In this document: positions 19,699 through 29,752 of the stretch, piece by piece
Layout of the letters: every line of letters starts with the position of its first letter
How positions within the stretch are numbered: position 1 is the first letter of the stretch
DNA from: Deltaproteobacteria bacterium
GTDB lineage: Bacteria; Myxococcota_A; Polyangia; Fen-1088
Length of the DNA stretch: 64,000 nt
Assembly (NCBI GenBank): GCA_033763315.1
Contig: JANRKS010000007.1
Coordinates: 122,073 to 186,072, forward strand
Direction of reading: 5' to 3'
Notes under the pieces: model-generated
The model's database searches: none
Told to the model about the DNA's origin: nothing
The model's input: only the letters and a program-made list of their open reading frames with translations
Translations under genes and position numbers: made by a program

Positions 19699-21143
19699 AG
19701 CACCGGACCCGTCGTGTCGATCCAACCCACAGCATCATCTATCGCAGCAAGGCCCTGTTCCCCCTCAGCGACGTGGTGCCGATCGAACTCTTCTGTACGC
19801 GGTTGATCGACAATCTCAATAAACGTGCGTCCAAGGAAGACCTGGCTTTGGCGACCGCAGCCGTCGATCCTCTCTAAATCGTAAACTGCGTCTAAGAGAA
19901 GCTCGTCAAACTCAAGTTGCAAGAGATCGTCGCCCGGCACCAAGTCATCCTTTGGCGTGCGCTTCTTTTGATAACGTCCATCGGTGCTGCGCAACACGTA
20001 TTGCGGATGTTCCATGTCATCCAGCGGCTCGTGAGTCGCGAACGCGATCGTCATCACGGGTGGATAGACGCAGTAAAGGTTTTGCTGGTTCACCAAGCCG
20101 GTTACGGGGGGGCCGCCCGCCACCACAATGAGCCGATCGTGCCCGTCTTTTCGGTCCGATGGTTCGCCCTTCCCTTGGGTTCCGGGCCCCTGTTTGCCTT
20201 TGCGATCAGGTAGCTGCGGAAATTCAATCATTACAGGTCCCTGTTTGGATACCGGTTCCATTCGGAGAAAGCCCGCCGAATCCAATGTGCCACTAAGCGC
20301 GGCGCCATCGCTGTCCTTGCCGCTCACGGAACAGTCCGAAATCGGGCGGCCATGCGGATCGCAGACTTTGATTTCCACCCAACCTTTTTCAAGTTGCTTA
20401 CGTTCGTCAACCCATTTTTTGAGTTGAGCCGGCGTCATGGCCTGTTCGGCGGATGCGCCTTCGACCGATGGCGCACGAACTTTCTGCAGAAGGAACAGCG
20501 CATTGCCGGTTGGATGCTGCGATGGATGCGAGATGGCGCTTTCAAGGCGGGTCCACGTTGTTTTATCCAGGGCAGCATTCTTAGATCGCGCCAAGGCGCC
20601 AAGGATTTCGTGCGCTTGTTGTGGCCGCATGGCTTCAAAGTCGCCACTTCGAATGGCCTCGGCGTATATCTCACTCATCACAAGTCTGTAAGTTCTGCCA
20701 GAAAACAAGAAGGGGTTGCCAAACGCACTCCAAAACCGTCGGGCCGCCGAATACAGCACGTCGCTGCCAGACCCTTGCTCGCCACCAGTTAGCAGCTGAC
20801 TTGGTAGAACCAGCATTCGGCGGTCAAGGATGCCTTCCATTACCCAGTCTATGGCCGCGTCGAAGTTTCCCACCTCTATGCCCGGTCCCAGATGAGCCTC
20901 AGCGAATTCGGAGACCTTCCACGGATCGAGCCGATACTCGTCATACTGTTCGCGCACGATCTGGGCTGCCAACACCGGCTCCCAGGCGTGACGTTGCACT
21001 CCATCGGGCACTTGATACCAACAGGCGACGGCGAGCCGTCTGTCGAACGCATCAAAAAATAGGTACTTGGCGGACGGCATGACTCGGGCAGTCTGATCCA
21101 CGAAGGGCGCTGCGGCAATCGATATGGACTCGCATCTAGACAT
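19695..21143 (-). CDS. hypothetical protein (482 aa), first gene of a three-gene minus-strand operon
   Basis: ORF 19695..21545 trimmed to ATG 21143, because the longer form would overlap the divergent gene starting at 21204; no recognised domain. Confidence 0.45.
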   Translation of the reverse strand: MSRCESISIAAAPFVDQTARVMPSAKYLFFDAFDRRLAVACWYQVPDGVQRHAWEPVLAAQIVREQYDEYRLDPWKVSEFAEAHLGPGIEVGNFDAAIDWVMEGILDRRMLVLPSQLLTGGEQGSGSDVLYSAARRFWSAFGNPFLFSGRTYRLVMSEIYAEAIRSGDFEAMRPQQAHEILGALARSKNAALDKTTWTRLESAISHPSQHPTGNALFLLQKVRAPSVEGASAEQAMTPAQLKKWVDERKQLEKGWVEIKVCDPHGRPISDCSVSGKDSDGAALSGTLDSAGFLRMEPVSKQGPVMIEFPQLPDRKGKQGPGTQGKGEPSDRKDGHDRLIVVAGGPPVTGLVNQQNLYCVYPPVMTIAFATHEPLDDMEHPQYVLRSTDGRYQKKRTPKDDLVPGDDLLQLEFDELLLDAVYDLERIDGCGRQSQVFLGRTFIEIVDQPRTEEFDRHHVAEGEQGLAAIDDAVGWIDTTGPVL

Positions 21144-21203
21144 GTTGTGGCGACGTTGGTAGCCTCGGCGCAGCTTGTTCGAATGTTTGCGAGGAAATTG
21201 AGA

Positions 21204-23276
21204 ATGCTGAAGCCTAGCCTTTTGTTCGGTGCGTTGTTCGCGATAGCCGTGCTCACATTTGGGGCCTGTTCCAAAGAGTCGGAGACACGCCCTTGCAATC
21301 CCGGCACTGTGTTTCTGCAATTCGTGTGTTCTAAGGCGTTGGGCGAGGTCAACGCCACCGCGGAACTTGAAGGCTTGGCGGGTCAAAGGTCGTCGAAGTC
21401 CTTCAACTTCAACTGCCCGGGTACCTATAGCCTGGAGGTTAAAGTCACAGGCTACGAAACCGGCGGCAAGATCAATGCCTTGGTCAACGCGACCGCTGGC
21501 GACGGGATTTTGCTCAAGGACAAATCGGTCGAGATACCGTTGCAAGATGGGTGCACTAGATTTGATCTGGAACTGGATGCCTCCGACGCACTAGACGCGG
21601 CGGTGGTGATGAACAGTGAAGATGGCGGCACTTTGACGGGCAACGATGGGGCCGCGACAACTGATGCCGATTCCACCTCAATGGGAGTCGCCCGGGGCGG
21701 ATCCTGTGCGCGCGACGAACAATGCATTGATGGTCATTGCGTCGACGGCGTCTGCTGCGACACAGCTTGCGATGGCGTGTGCATGGCCTGCACCAACGAA
21801 AAGACCGGCAGCCAAACGGGCCAATGTTCGGCGACAAAATCAGGCGTGAAGCACAGCAAGTGCGTTGCCACTGAGCCAACGTCGTGCGGCACCGACGGCG
21901 CGTGTAACGGCGCCGGGAAGTGCAGTTTCTGGGACAGCACGAATGAATGCTCAGCGGCCACATGCAGCAGTGGCGACTACGTGCCAGCCCGAAAGTGCAA
22001 CGGCGCGGGTGCCTGCCAGGCAGCGGCACCCAGCAAGTGTGGTGAATACGCTTGCACAGGCGAGGGATGCAAAACCAATTGCAGCGTTGCAGGCGATTGC
22101 TCTGCGGGTGTGCAATGTATCGGCGGGAAATGCGGAGGCAAGCGCGCCTTAGGCGACGCTTGTTCCACCAACAGCGAGTGCACAAGCCCGGGATATTGCG
22201 TGGACGGAGTTTGTTGCGGCGCAAAGTGTGACGGCAAATGCGAAGCCTGCAGTGCGACGCTGACGGGCGGTAACAATGGAGAGTGTCTGCCGGTGCCTGC
22301 AGCCAAAGGCAATCAAGCCGATTGCTCGGTTCAATCGGCCGCAAGCTGTGGGATGACTGGGCGTTGCGATGGTGCCCGGAAGTGCGAGCTGCACGCCGCT
22401 GGGACGGAATGCGTAGGGCAAACGTGCTCGGGCGCAGGATACGCTCCCGCTCGTAAGTGTGACGGGGCCGGGAGTTGTCTCCCCGTTAGCGTGATGAGTT
22501 GTGGAACCCACATCTGCGCCGCAGGAAACTGCAAGAATCCTTGCGCGTCTGACAATGACTGCATCTCTGGTAACTTCTGCAGCAACGGGACCTGTACGGC
22601 CAAGCGTGACAATGGGGCTTCCTGCAACGGAGGCGGTAACCAATGTGCGAGCGGCATTTGCTCGAGTTCAGTGTGTTGCAACTCAGCATGCAGCGGAAGC
22701 TGTAACAGTTGCAAGTCAGGAACCTGTTCGAATGTCTGTCAGAATGTGACAGTCGGCCTGAACAACAACATCAGCGGGCACCTGCATACTGCTTACGGCG
22801 CAGTCTCGAAGCGCGAAATTTTCCAAGTGGGCGACACCGAACTGCAAATTGATGGCTACAGCATCGCTTACTTTAGCTTCGATGTGTCCTCCATCCCATT
22901 CGGGTACACAGCGACGGCGGCAACACTCTCGTTCATAGTCTCTGACTGTAATATGAACGCCTTCGCGCTCGGGAATATGACGGTTGAACCTCTGGATTAC
23001 GGAACGACTTTTGAGCCGGCAGATGCGTTGATCGCAGCAACGGCGACTGGAAAAGTGGTGGCGAGGTCAGAAAGCGACGTCGGCACTATCTCAATCGATG
23101 TTCTCGATTGGGTGAACAAAGACTTAACGGCCCGCCACTCGAACCTCAGTCAGTACAGAATTCGATTTGCGACGACGCAGAATAACGACGGTCGCAATAC
23201 TTCTTGCGCGATACCGAATTCCACGTTCATTGCCCCAGTGGTTCCTTCTCTTTCCATGTCTGTAAGACAGCCGTAA
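21204..23276 (+). CDS. lipoprotein with Myxococcus-type cysteine-rich repeats and a C-terminal non-repeat domain
   Basis: ATG 21204 with GAGGAAA RBS and lipobox LTFGAC; more than ten C..DG.C..G.CC...C.G.C..C repeats. Confidence 0.7.
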   Translation: MLKPSLLFGALFAIAVLTFGACSKESETRPCNPGTVFLQFVCSKALGEVNATAELEGLAGQRSSKSFNFNCPGTYSLEVKVTGYETGGKINALVNATAGDGILLKDKSVEIPLQDGCTRFDLELDASDALDAAVVMNSEDGGTLTGNDGAATTDADSTSMGVARGGSCARDEQCIDGHCVDGVCCDTACDGVCMACTNEKTGSQTGQCSATKSGVKHSKCVATEPTSCGTDGACNGAGKCSFWDSTNECSAATCSSGDYVPARKCNGAGACQAAAPSKCGEYACTGEGCKTNCSVAGDCSAGVQCIGGKCGGKRALGDACSTNSECTSPGYCVDGVCCGAKCDGKCEACSATLTGGNNGECLPVPAAKGNQADCSVQSAASCGMTGRCDGARKCELHAAGTECVGQTCSGAGYAPARKCDGAGSCLPVSVMSCGTHICAAGNCKNPCASDNDCISGNFCSNGTCTAKRDNGASCNGGGNQCASGICSSSVCCNSACSGSCNSCKSGTCSNVCQNVTVGLNNNISGHLHTAYGAVSKREIFQVGDTELQIDGYSIAYFSFDVSSIPFGYTATAATLSFIVSDCNMNAFALGNMTVEPLDYGTTFEPADALIAATATGKVVARSESDVGTISIDVLDWVNKDLTARHSNLSQYRIRFATTQNNDGRNTSCAIPNSTFIAPVVPSLSMSVRQP

Positions 23277-23309
23277 GGCGCGCTTTAGGACAAGGTACTA
23301 TCGCGCCTA
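23277..23309. terminator. possible stem-loop between convergent genes (AGGCGCG-N19-CGCGCCT)
   Basis: 7-bp GC-rich inverted repeat immediately after the TAA at 23274-23276; loop is long and no T-run follows, so weak. Confidence 0.25.
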
Positions 23310-23530
23310 GGGGGTTCCGCGGGTTACAACGCTGCAGCGGCACAGCCACGAGCTTGGCCTCCCCAGTTGCTGGACACGCAGGGCGCGGCTGGAGCAGATG
23401 GCAGGGCGCCCAATCGAACCTAACTTACGGCGCGTTACCTCGAACGTGACACAAAATTCGGCGCAACGGACTGACCCGAGAGGCCTCGGCGCGCGCGATC
23501 GACAACATGGACACGGTGCATCCTCGGAAC

Positions 23531-24745
23531 CTAGCTACCGCAAGTGATCGGGCGGAAGACCCAGCGCAGCTGGTCGCCGATCCACAATGCCCACGTTTGG
23601 TCGCTGTGGCCGAAGGAAGTAATTAGAAGTTGATGATCAATGCTCTTGGTAGTCATCGCGTTATGTACTTCCTTATTGACGTCGAGCCACGTGGCGGCAC
23701 ACTGAGACTTGTCGATATCGCCGCCCGGCTCGGTTCCAGAGCAGCCGGCCGCTATGCGGTCGGGGATTGATCCATAGATATCGCACTTGCCAACCGACAT
23801 GGAGAACCGCACGCCCTTGGCGGCCGAACCCTTGATCATGGTGGCGTAGCCATCGTTCGAATTGCCGGCCTTCGGCATAAAGCACACGTAGCTGCCACTG
23901 CCCGTGATGGCGTTGGCCACAACGGTGGGGTTATCCCAAACCACGTCGAACACCACGGCACCCGAGGTGCTCTGCCCGGCGATCACATGCCATTTCGCAT
24001 CCATCGACACCTTGGGGTACTTGGCTTTCACGGCCGACAAGGCTGATGAAAAAGTGTTTTTCGCCGTGGCACCAGCCCCCGGGTCATTAATGTTCGTTCC
24101 CGAGAACACCAGAATCAGCGGCGGGATCTCCTTGGTGTTGATCAGGTTATCCAGCAACGTCTGCCATTTGTAGTCGCCGCTTGTGGGGTTCGCGAAGTTG
24201 CCGAACACCACGCCGAAGGCCACTTTGCCGTCAGCCGCAGCCGCGTATTGGCTGGGCACGTAGTAGGGAGAGCCGATGTCGTTTTTGATCTCGCCCTTCG
24301 GAGCAGTGCTGGGCGACTTGGCGGGATCGTTTTTCTGCTCCGCCATCTTGAGGCTTTCGGAGTCGTACTGCCCGCTCCACGTCATGGGTCGCAACGTCTT
24401 GGACGTGCACCATTTCGGCGCGTCGCCCGAGACAACCACCATGCCGCCGGTGCCTGGCGCACCACCGCCCATGCCGCCCGTGCCACCGCCGCCCGCGCCG
24501 GCTTGCGATCCACCGCTGGCGCTGCCACCGCTGCCGTTGCCACCCATGGCCGAGGACGAGCCACCTTTGCCGCCCATGGTGCTGCTGCCGCCGCCGTCGC
24601 CGCCTGATTCCTCGCCACCAGCGCCGCCGCCGGCTTCGCCGCCGCCGCCATCGCCGTTGCTGCCACCACCACCACAGGCCCACGCAACGATGGCGAGCCC
24701 CGCTACAAACGATGTTTTGCTCAAGATAAGGCGACGGAACTTCAT
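23531..24745 (-). CDS. lipoprotein with Gly/Ser-rich linker and esterase/PHB-depolymerase-like alpha/beta hydrolase domain
   Basis: ATG 24745 (MKFRRLIL...VAWACGGGG) with AGGAGA RBS; ~90-aa GGx low-complexity run; PLILVFSGT esterase-type strand. Confidence 0.55.
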   Translation of the reverse strand: MKFRRLILSKTSFVAGLAIVAWACGGGGSNGDGGGGEAGGGAGGEESGGDGGGSSTMGGKGGSSSAMGGNGSGGSASGGSQAGAGGGGTGGMGGGAPGTGGMVVVSGDAPKWCTSKTLRPMTWSGQYDSESLKMAEQKNDPAKSPSTAPKGEIKNDIGSPYYVPSQYAAAADGKVAFGVVFGNFANPTSGDYKWQTLLDNLINTKEIPPLILVFSGTNINDPGAGATAKNTFSSALSAVKAKYPKVSMDAKWHVIAGQSTSGAVVFDVVWDNPTVVANAITGSGSYVCFMPKAGNSNDGYATMIKGSAAKGVRFSMSVGKCDIYGSIPDRIAAGCSGTEPGGDIDKSQCAATWLDVNKEVHNAMTTKSIDHQLLITSFGHSDQTWALWIGDQLRWVFRPITCGS

Positions 24746-24919
24746 ATCGGTTCTCCTAAGTCGAGGCGCATCAAGAGACGCGGCAAAGTCCAAAAAACGG
24801 TTCCCAACTATACCTAAGACTTCGCTTGGGGTTGTAAAGCTTGTGCGCAAAATGCGGCAATCACGCCAAAAACACGCACTTAGATGCGCCCGGCGTGATC
24901 CGCAAGACATAACCAATCG

Positions 24920-26980
24920 TCAGATGTCGGCGTGCGCCATCACGAACTTGTTGTTCTGGTCATGGATAACCTTGAAGGTGCCCCGCGCCTCCGTTGGCAG
25001 CAGGCTCACCAAACGGCTTTGCCGCGCGCGTTCGAAGATAAAGAACACGCGACGGCCCCGGTGGCGATCGAGCCACGTTTGTAGATCTTGATCGGCGTTT
25101 CCGGTGTCGAACACGGCGCGATCTTCTTTGGGCCCTTCGTAGATTTCGTTCTTCGTATAAAACGTTTCGCCACGCCAATACATCATGTAGGCCACCAAGC
25201 GCTCTTCGGGCGAACGGCGCGTGGCGTAGTAAGCGCCGATCGGATCTTTTTGCGTCCAATAGGGCGTGACGCCTTTCATATAGACGTCGAGCAGAAAGTA
25301 CGTGAACAACACCGAGGACAGACACAGCAATGCCAAGCCCGCTGTCTGCACACGCCGCCAACACAACAGCAGGGCCGCCACGGCGAACGTCGCGCAAAAC
25401 ACGGCAATAGGCGTCGTGAAGTTCAACTGCGAGGGCCACGGACGGCCCACGGGGCTGTGGACGTAATCGTAATTAAACAGCCACAAAAACAGCTCGGCGT
25501 TGTGAGGCGCTTTCGTCAGATCATACGTCACCAGCGCCAACAGCGGTAAGCCCACAAGCACCGTCAAGCGCATGGTACGCACGTCCTTGCGCCGAAGCAC
25601 ATCGTCCAGGAAGCAGCCAACCACGATGGCAAGTCCGGGCAGCGCGGGCAGCACATAGTGGTGGAACTTCGTCATCGATAAGGAAACAACGCCATAAGCC
25701 GCCACGAACCAGATCGCGCCCAACAGATAAACGCCTTGGCGGCGTTGAGCAACAGGTGTTGTCTCGGGAGAGCGGCGCCCCACGAGCGCAGCCAACGCCG
25801 CCGGTGCAAGCACCAACCACGGCAATAGCGCGTATCCCAGTTGCAGCAAGAAATACTCGAACGTGCCGCGATCGCCGTGGCGTCCCAGCACCATGCGACG
25901 CCAGTGGTTGTCGCCGAACAATTCGTTCCAAAACTCCCAGCCGTGCCGAATGATCATGGCGTGGTGCCAAGGCGCCGCCACCAACACCACGGCCAAGATG
26001 GAAACCAGGATTGCGGGCAGCAGTTGTGCACGGCGCAAGCGTTTCCAATTCCACGTGAAGGCCAGATACGCCACGAACACGATGATGGGCAAACCAAGGC
26101 CGGCCAGCCCTTTCGCCAAGACCGCCAAGCCACACAACATCGCGGCCAGATAAAAATAAAGTGGCGCCTTGTAACGCGCGCGTGCGGCCAGGAACAAGAA
26201 CATCAATGAACCCACGTAGTAGGGGATCATCGCGACGGCGCCGTAGACCATCAAGCGCTTGCCACCCCACAACGCCAAACGGAACTTGAGCTGCACCGAA
26301 TCAACCCACAGTTGAGGCAGGACAAGCAGCAAGAACACACCAACCGTGATGTAAAACAGGCGGTGCGCTGGATACGTGAGCATGCCCTGGCCACGCCGCG
26401 GCAGCATTTCGTCTTGGTCATCGAACAATGCCAACGCAGCCAGGCTCAACGCGAGCACCATCGGGCCAACGAATGGCATATCCGTCATCGCTTGCCGCGC
26501 GATCAATGAGAACATCGGCGAGGTGGCGAGCACCAAAGTGGAAAGCACAGCGGCACGACGGTTCACGAACCGCGAGACCACGAGATAAACGCCCACCAGC
26601 GCCATCGCGGCTGCGAACGCCATCGGTACGCGCATCGCCCATTCGGCGCGCGTGCCAAGCGCCATCTCTGACGGGGCACCGCCTCGCAAACCTATACCGG
26701 CCACGTGCATCGCCAAGCTCAAGATCCAGAACGTCAGCACCGGCTTTGACCAGAACACGTCGGGATCGCGCGGGGAGCCTGGCCACCACAGCGAGATGAA
26801 GTCGCTTCGGTAAGTCATCTGGCGCGCCACCTCGCCGTAGTGGGTTTCCCACGGATCCCAAAGGCCGTAGCTGCCTGCGAACGGCACGTAGAGCAGCAGG
26901 GCAAAGGCAATGACCGCCATCACCATTTGGCGATCGGAGAAGCGATCGAGCCACCCTTGTTTCGCGAGATCGGTGGTCAT
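24920..26980 (-). CDS. polytopic membrane glycosyltransferase, ArnT/PMT-like (GT83/GT39-type)
   Basis: more than 10 hydrophobic helices; first periplasmic loop WDPWETHYGEVARQM resembles the DE-x-RYAE-IAREM motif of ArnT/PMT enzymes; start 26980 preferred over ORF-track 27106. Confidence 0.6.
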   Translation of the reverse strand: MTTDLAKQGWLDRFSDRQMVMAVIAFALLLYVPFAGSYGLWDPWETHYGEVARQMTYRSDFISLWWPGSPRDPDVFWSKPVLTFWILSLAMHVAGIGLRGGAPSEMALGTRAEWAMRVPMAFAAAMALVGVYLVVSRFVNRRAAVLSTLVLATSPMFSLIARQAMTDMPFVGPMVLALSLAALALFDDQDEMLPRRGQGMLTYPAHRLFYITVGVFLLLVLPQLWVDSVQLKFRLALWGGKRLMVYGAVAMIPYYVGSLMFLFLAARARYKAPLYFYLAAMLCGLAVLAKGLAGLGLPIIVFVAYLAFTWNWKRLRRAQLLPAILVSILAVVLVAAPWHHAMIIRHGWEFWNELFGDNHWRRMVLGRHGDRGTFEYFLLQLGYALLPWLVLAPAALAALVGRRSPETTPVAQRRQGVYLLGAIWFVAAYGVVSLSMTKFHHYVLPALPGLAIVVGCFLDDVLRRKDVRTMRLTVLVGLPLLALVTYDLTKAPHNAELFLWLFNYDYVHSPVGRPWPSQLNFTTPIAVFCATFAVAALLLCWRRVQTAGLALLCLSSVLFTYFLLDVYMKGVTPYWTQKDPIGAYYATRRSPEERLVAYMMYWRGETFYTKNEIYEGPKEDRAVFDTGNADQDLQTWLDRHRGRRVFFIFERARQSRLVSLLPTEARGTFKVIHDQNNKFVMAHADI

Positions 26981-27505
26981 GGGCGGGTTGGCTTGGGCGA
27001 GGTGTAACTCACGGGGAGCAACGTTTACCACCACCGCGGCTTCGCTTAAAGCCCCAACGCAGCGCGCTTTTGACGCCCGCTTCGAAAAGAACGACGCCCG
27101 GAGCACCGGCGTTCGCCGACGATCCGTTCACCGCTTTGCGCGTGCCCGCAGACACGGCGCCTTGAGACGGAAGCTCACCCACCGGCGACACCGCAAACCA
27201 ACACTTCGCCCTTGCACCTTGGGTGCCGCCGGCCACACTCCTGCCCGCCCCCCACAACCATCCCTGTGTGACGGCAGCTCAAACCACCACCCCAGCACCA
27301 CCAACTTCATGTGGGCCGCCCCCCGCATCACCGACCCGCCGGCGCCCTTCCCCTGCACCCCTGCACCAGGCCCGCGCCCCCCGCCCGACCGACACCACCC
27401 GATACACCTAACCCCTGCACCGGCTGCCGTGCGCCCCGCCCGCCTCGGGCGAAGACATTCGTCAGGCGACGTAACGTTCTTTAGACATTTTTCACAATTT
27501 TCGTC

Positions 27506-28735
27506 ATGGCTTCGTTTCCCACGGCTCCCGTTCTGACACTGCGCAAGGCTTTGGGCCGCGCGTTGGCCCAAGGTCACCCGTGGGTCTACCGGCAAGCCTT
27601 GGCCAGCCCCCCCCGTTTGCCGTCAGGATCCTTGGTGATGCTCACCGAAGCGCAGAACGCGGCGCCTTTGGCCTGGGGCTTTTGGGACGCCGAATCCACC
27701 ATCGCCGTGCGTGTGCTTGGTATGGGGCCGGTGATGGCCGCCCCCCAGCTGGGCCCCGAGATCAAAGCGCGTCTTGAGCATGCGCTGGCGCGACGGTTGG
27801 ATCGGTTGGCGCCCGAACGAACGAATGCGTTTCGTTGGGTGCATGGTGAGGCCGATGCGCTGCCGGGCATCCACGTCGACGTGTATGGCCACCACGCCAC
27901 CATTCGGTACGACGGCGCGGGTGCGCACGCGTTTTATGGCGAACAGTTGGCGTTGCCCGAGCTGCTCGTCACGGCCGGGCAAGCCGTGCCGATCTCCGCC
28001 GTGGTGGCGCGCCGAAGGCGTGGGCAGCCTGAACTCACCGGCGCCACGGCCGAGCCTTTCGTGGTTCGCGAAAATGGTTTGCAATTCATGGTGGATCTTG
28101 TGCACGGGCAAAAAGGCGGCCTGTTTTTAGATCAGCGCGAAAACCGCGCGCGTTTGGCCGATCTGTGTGCAGGCAAGCGCGTCTTAAACTTGTTCGGATA
28201 CACAGGTGCGTTCTCCGTTTACGCCGCCGCGGCGGGCGCGGCGTGGACCGACACGGTGGATGTCGCCGCACCTGCGATGGCGGCGGCACGCAAGAACTTT
28301 GAGCTCAACGGGCTGGCCTTAGATTGTGCAGGCTTTCACGCTGAAGACGCGTTCGCCTTCTTGGAACGAGCGATCAATGCCAAGGAAACGTGGGACGTGG
28401 TGATCACCGATCCGCCGAGTTTTGCCCCCAACGAAAAGTCACTGGACACGGCGCTCGCGGCTTACCGACGGCTTCACGCGCTGGCATGCAAAGTGGTGGC
28501 GCCCGGTGGCTTGTTGGCCGCAGCGTCGTGTTCAAGCCACGTAAATCGCAAGCTGTTCTTAGACACCGTCACGAACGGCGCCGGGGCCGCCGCCAAGCGC
28601 TTCGAGCTCGAGTTCTTTGCAGGCGCAGGCTTCGACCATCCGGTGATCGCCGGTTTCCCTGAAGGCGACTATCTCAAATTTGCGTTAGGCCGCGTGGTTG
28701 ACGCGAGCCGCTCCACACAGATGCCAAGGCTCTAA
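27506..28735 (+). CDS. class I SAM-dependent rRNA methyltransferase, RlmI/RlmK-like
   Basis: VLNLFGYTGAFSVYAA SAM-binding motif; VVITDPPSF motif IV; PUA-like N-terminus. Confidence 0.8.
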   Translation: MASFPTAPVLTLRKALGRALAQGHPWVYRQALASPPRLPSGSLVMLTEAQNAAPLAWGFWDAESTIAVRVLGMGPVMAAPQLGPEIKARLEHALARRLDRLAPERTNAFRWVHGEADALPGIHVDVYGHHATIRYDGAGAHAFYGEQLALPELLVTAGQAVPISAVVARRRRGQPELTGATAEPFVVRENGLQFMVDLVHGQKGGLFLDQRENRARLADLCAGKRVLNLFGYTGAFSVYAAAAGAAWTDTVDVAAPAMAAARKNFELNGLALDCAGFHAEDAFAFLERAINAKETWDVVITDPPSFAPNEKSLDTALAAYRRLHALACKVVAPGGLLAAASCSSHVNRKLFLDTVTNGAGAAAKRFELEFFAGAGFDHPVIAGFPEGDYLKFALGRVVDASRSTQMPRL

Positions 28736-28739
28736 AACA

Positions 28740-29729
28740 ATGGCCACCCCACAGAAAATAAACACCATCCCCGCTGTGGCGGGCGAAACGTTGGCGGCTG
28801 CCTTGCGTGCGGTGTTGACCGATCACAGCTGGTCGCAAGTCAAGCAGATGTGCACCAGCGGCAAAGTGAAAGTGGATGACGGCCTCTGCTTGGATCCTGC
28901 CTACCGCTTGCAAGGCACTGAGGCGATCTCGCTGCAAATGAACGCGCCTCGGCGCGATCGCAACAAGCCCGCTGCCGAAATCCTGTTCGAAGATCAACAC
29001 TTGGTGGTGATCAATAAGCCTGAAGACGTTTCGACGGTGCCTTGGGATAAAAAGGAAAGCGGCACGGCGCTCGATCTCATTCGCGAAGCGTGGCGGTTGC
29101 AAAAGCGCGCTGCCACGCAAACGCCGCTGCTGGTCGTTCATCGGTTGGACAAAGACACATCCGGTGTTTTGGTGTTTGCCAAATCGAAGTTGAGTGAGCG
29201 CGGGTTGCACCAGGTGTTCAAAAGCCACGAGGCGGAACGCGAATATGTGGCGGTGGCCCACGGCACAGTCAGGCGACGCACGTTTTCATCGTCGTTGGTG
29301 GAGGATCGCGGCGATGGGCTGCGTGGCAGCACGCGCTTCGAGGACCAAGGGCGGCACGCCATCACGCACGTATTGGCAAGCCACGTCAATGCCTTGCGAC
29401 CGGGGCTCACCACAGGACGCGCCGATGGCGGCACCATCAGCCGTTGCCGCGTGAAGCTTGAAACGGGGCGCACCCACCAAATTCGCATCCACTTCGCTGA
29501 AGCCGGTCACCCGTTGGTGGGTGAAACCGTTTACGTGCGCGACTTTCGTCGCGATGGCTACGAGATCTTGCCCGCCGATCGGCTGCTGTTGCACGCCGAA
29601 ACGTTGGCGTTCGCGCACCCGATCACGAACCGCCCCTTGGCCTTTTCCGCGCGGCCACCTGCGTCTTACGAAGCCTTGTGGCGGAACTTGACGGGCAAAG
29701 ATTTCGCGCCCGATTCACCGTCGCTTTAA
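28740..29729 (+). CDS. RluA-family pseudouridine synthase with N-terminal S4-like domain
   Basis: VVHRLDKDTSGVLVFAK catalytic Asp motif; ATG 28740 just after upstream stop. Confidence 0.8.
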   Translation: MATPQKINTIPAVAGETLAAALRAVLTDHSWSQVKQMCTSGKVKVDDGLCLDPAYRLQGTEAISLQMNAPRRDRNKPAAEILFEDQHLVVINKPEDVSTVPWDKKESGTALDLIREAWRLQKRAATQTPLLVVHRLDKDTSGVLVFAKSKLSERGLHQVFKSHEAEREYVAVAHGTVRRRTFSSSLVEDRGDGLRGSTRFEDQGRHAITHVLASHVNALRPGLTTGRADGGTISRCRVKLETGRTHQIRIHFAEAGHPLVGETVYVRDFRRDGYEILPADRLLLHAETLAFAHPITNRPLAFSARPPASYEALWRNLTGKDFAPDSPSL

Positions 29730-29752
29730 CGCTTGTGATAGCTTGCGGGCCC

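Noticed and set aside
21144-21545. 5' extension of the 616-aa minus ORF
   Set aside because: Would overlap the divergent lipoprotein gene start; internal ATG at 21143 gives a clean 60-bp divergent promoter region
24276-25091. 271-aa Pro-rich plus-strand ORF
   Set aside because: Mirror image of the GGN-repeat linker of the minus-strand esterase gene; the poly-Pro arises from CCN complement codons
25521-26270. 249-aa ORF on same strand as GT gene
   Set aside because: Out-of-frame overlap with the long membrane-protein ORF; no independent signals
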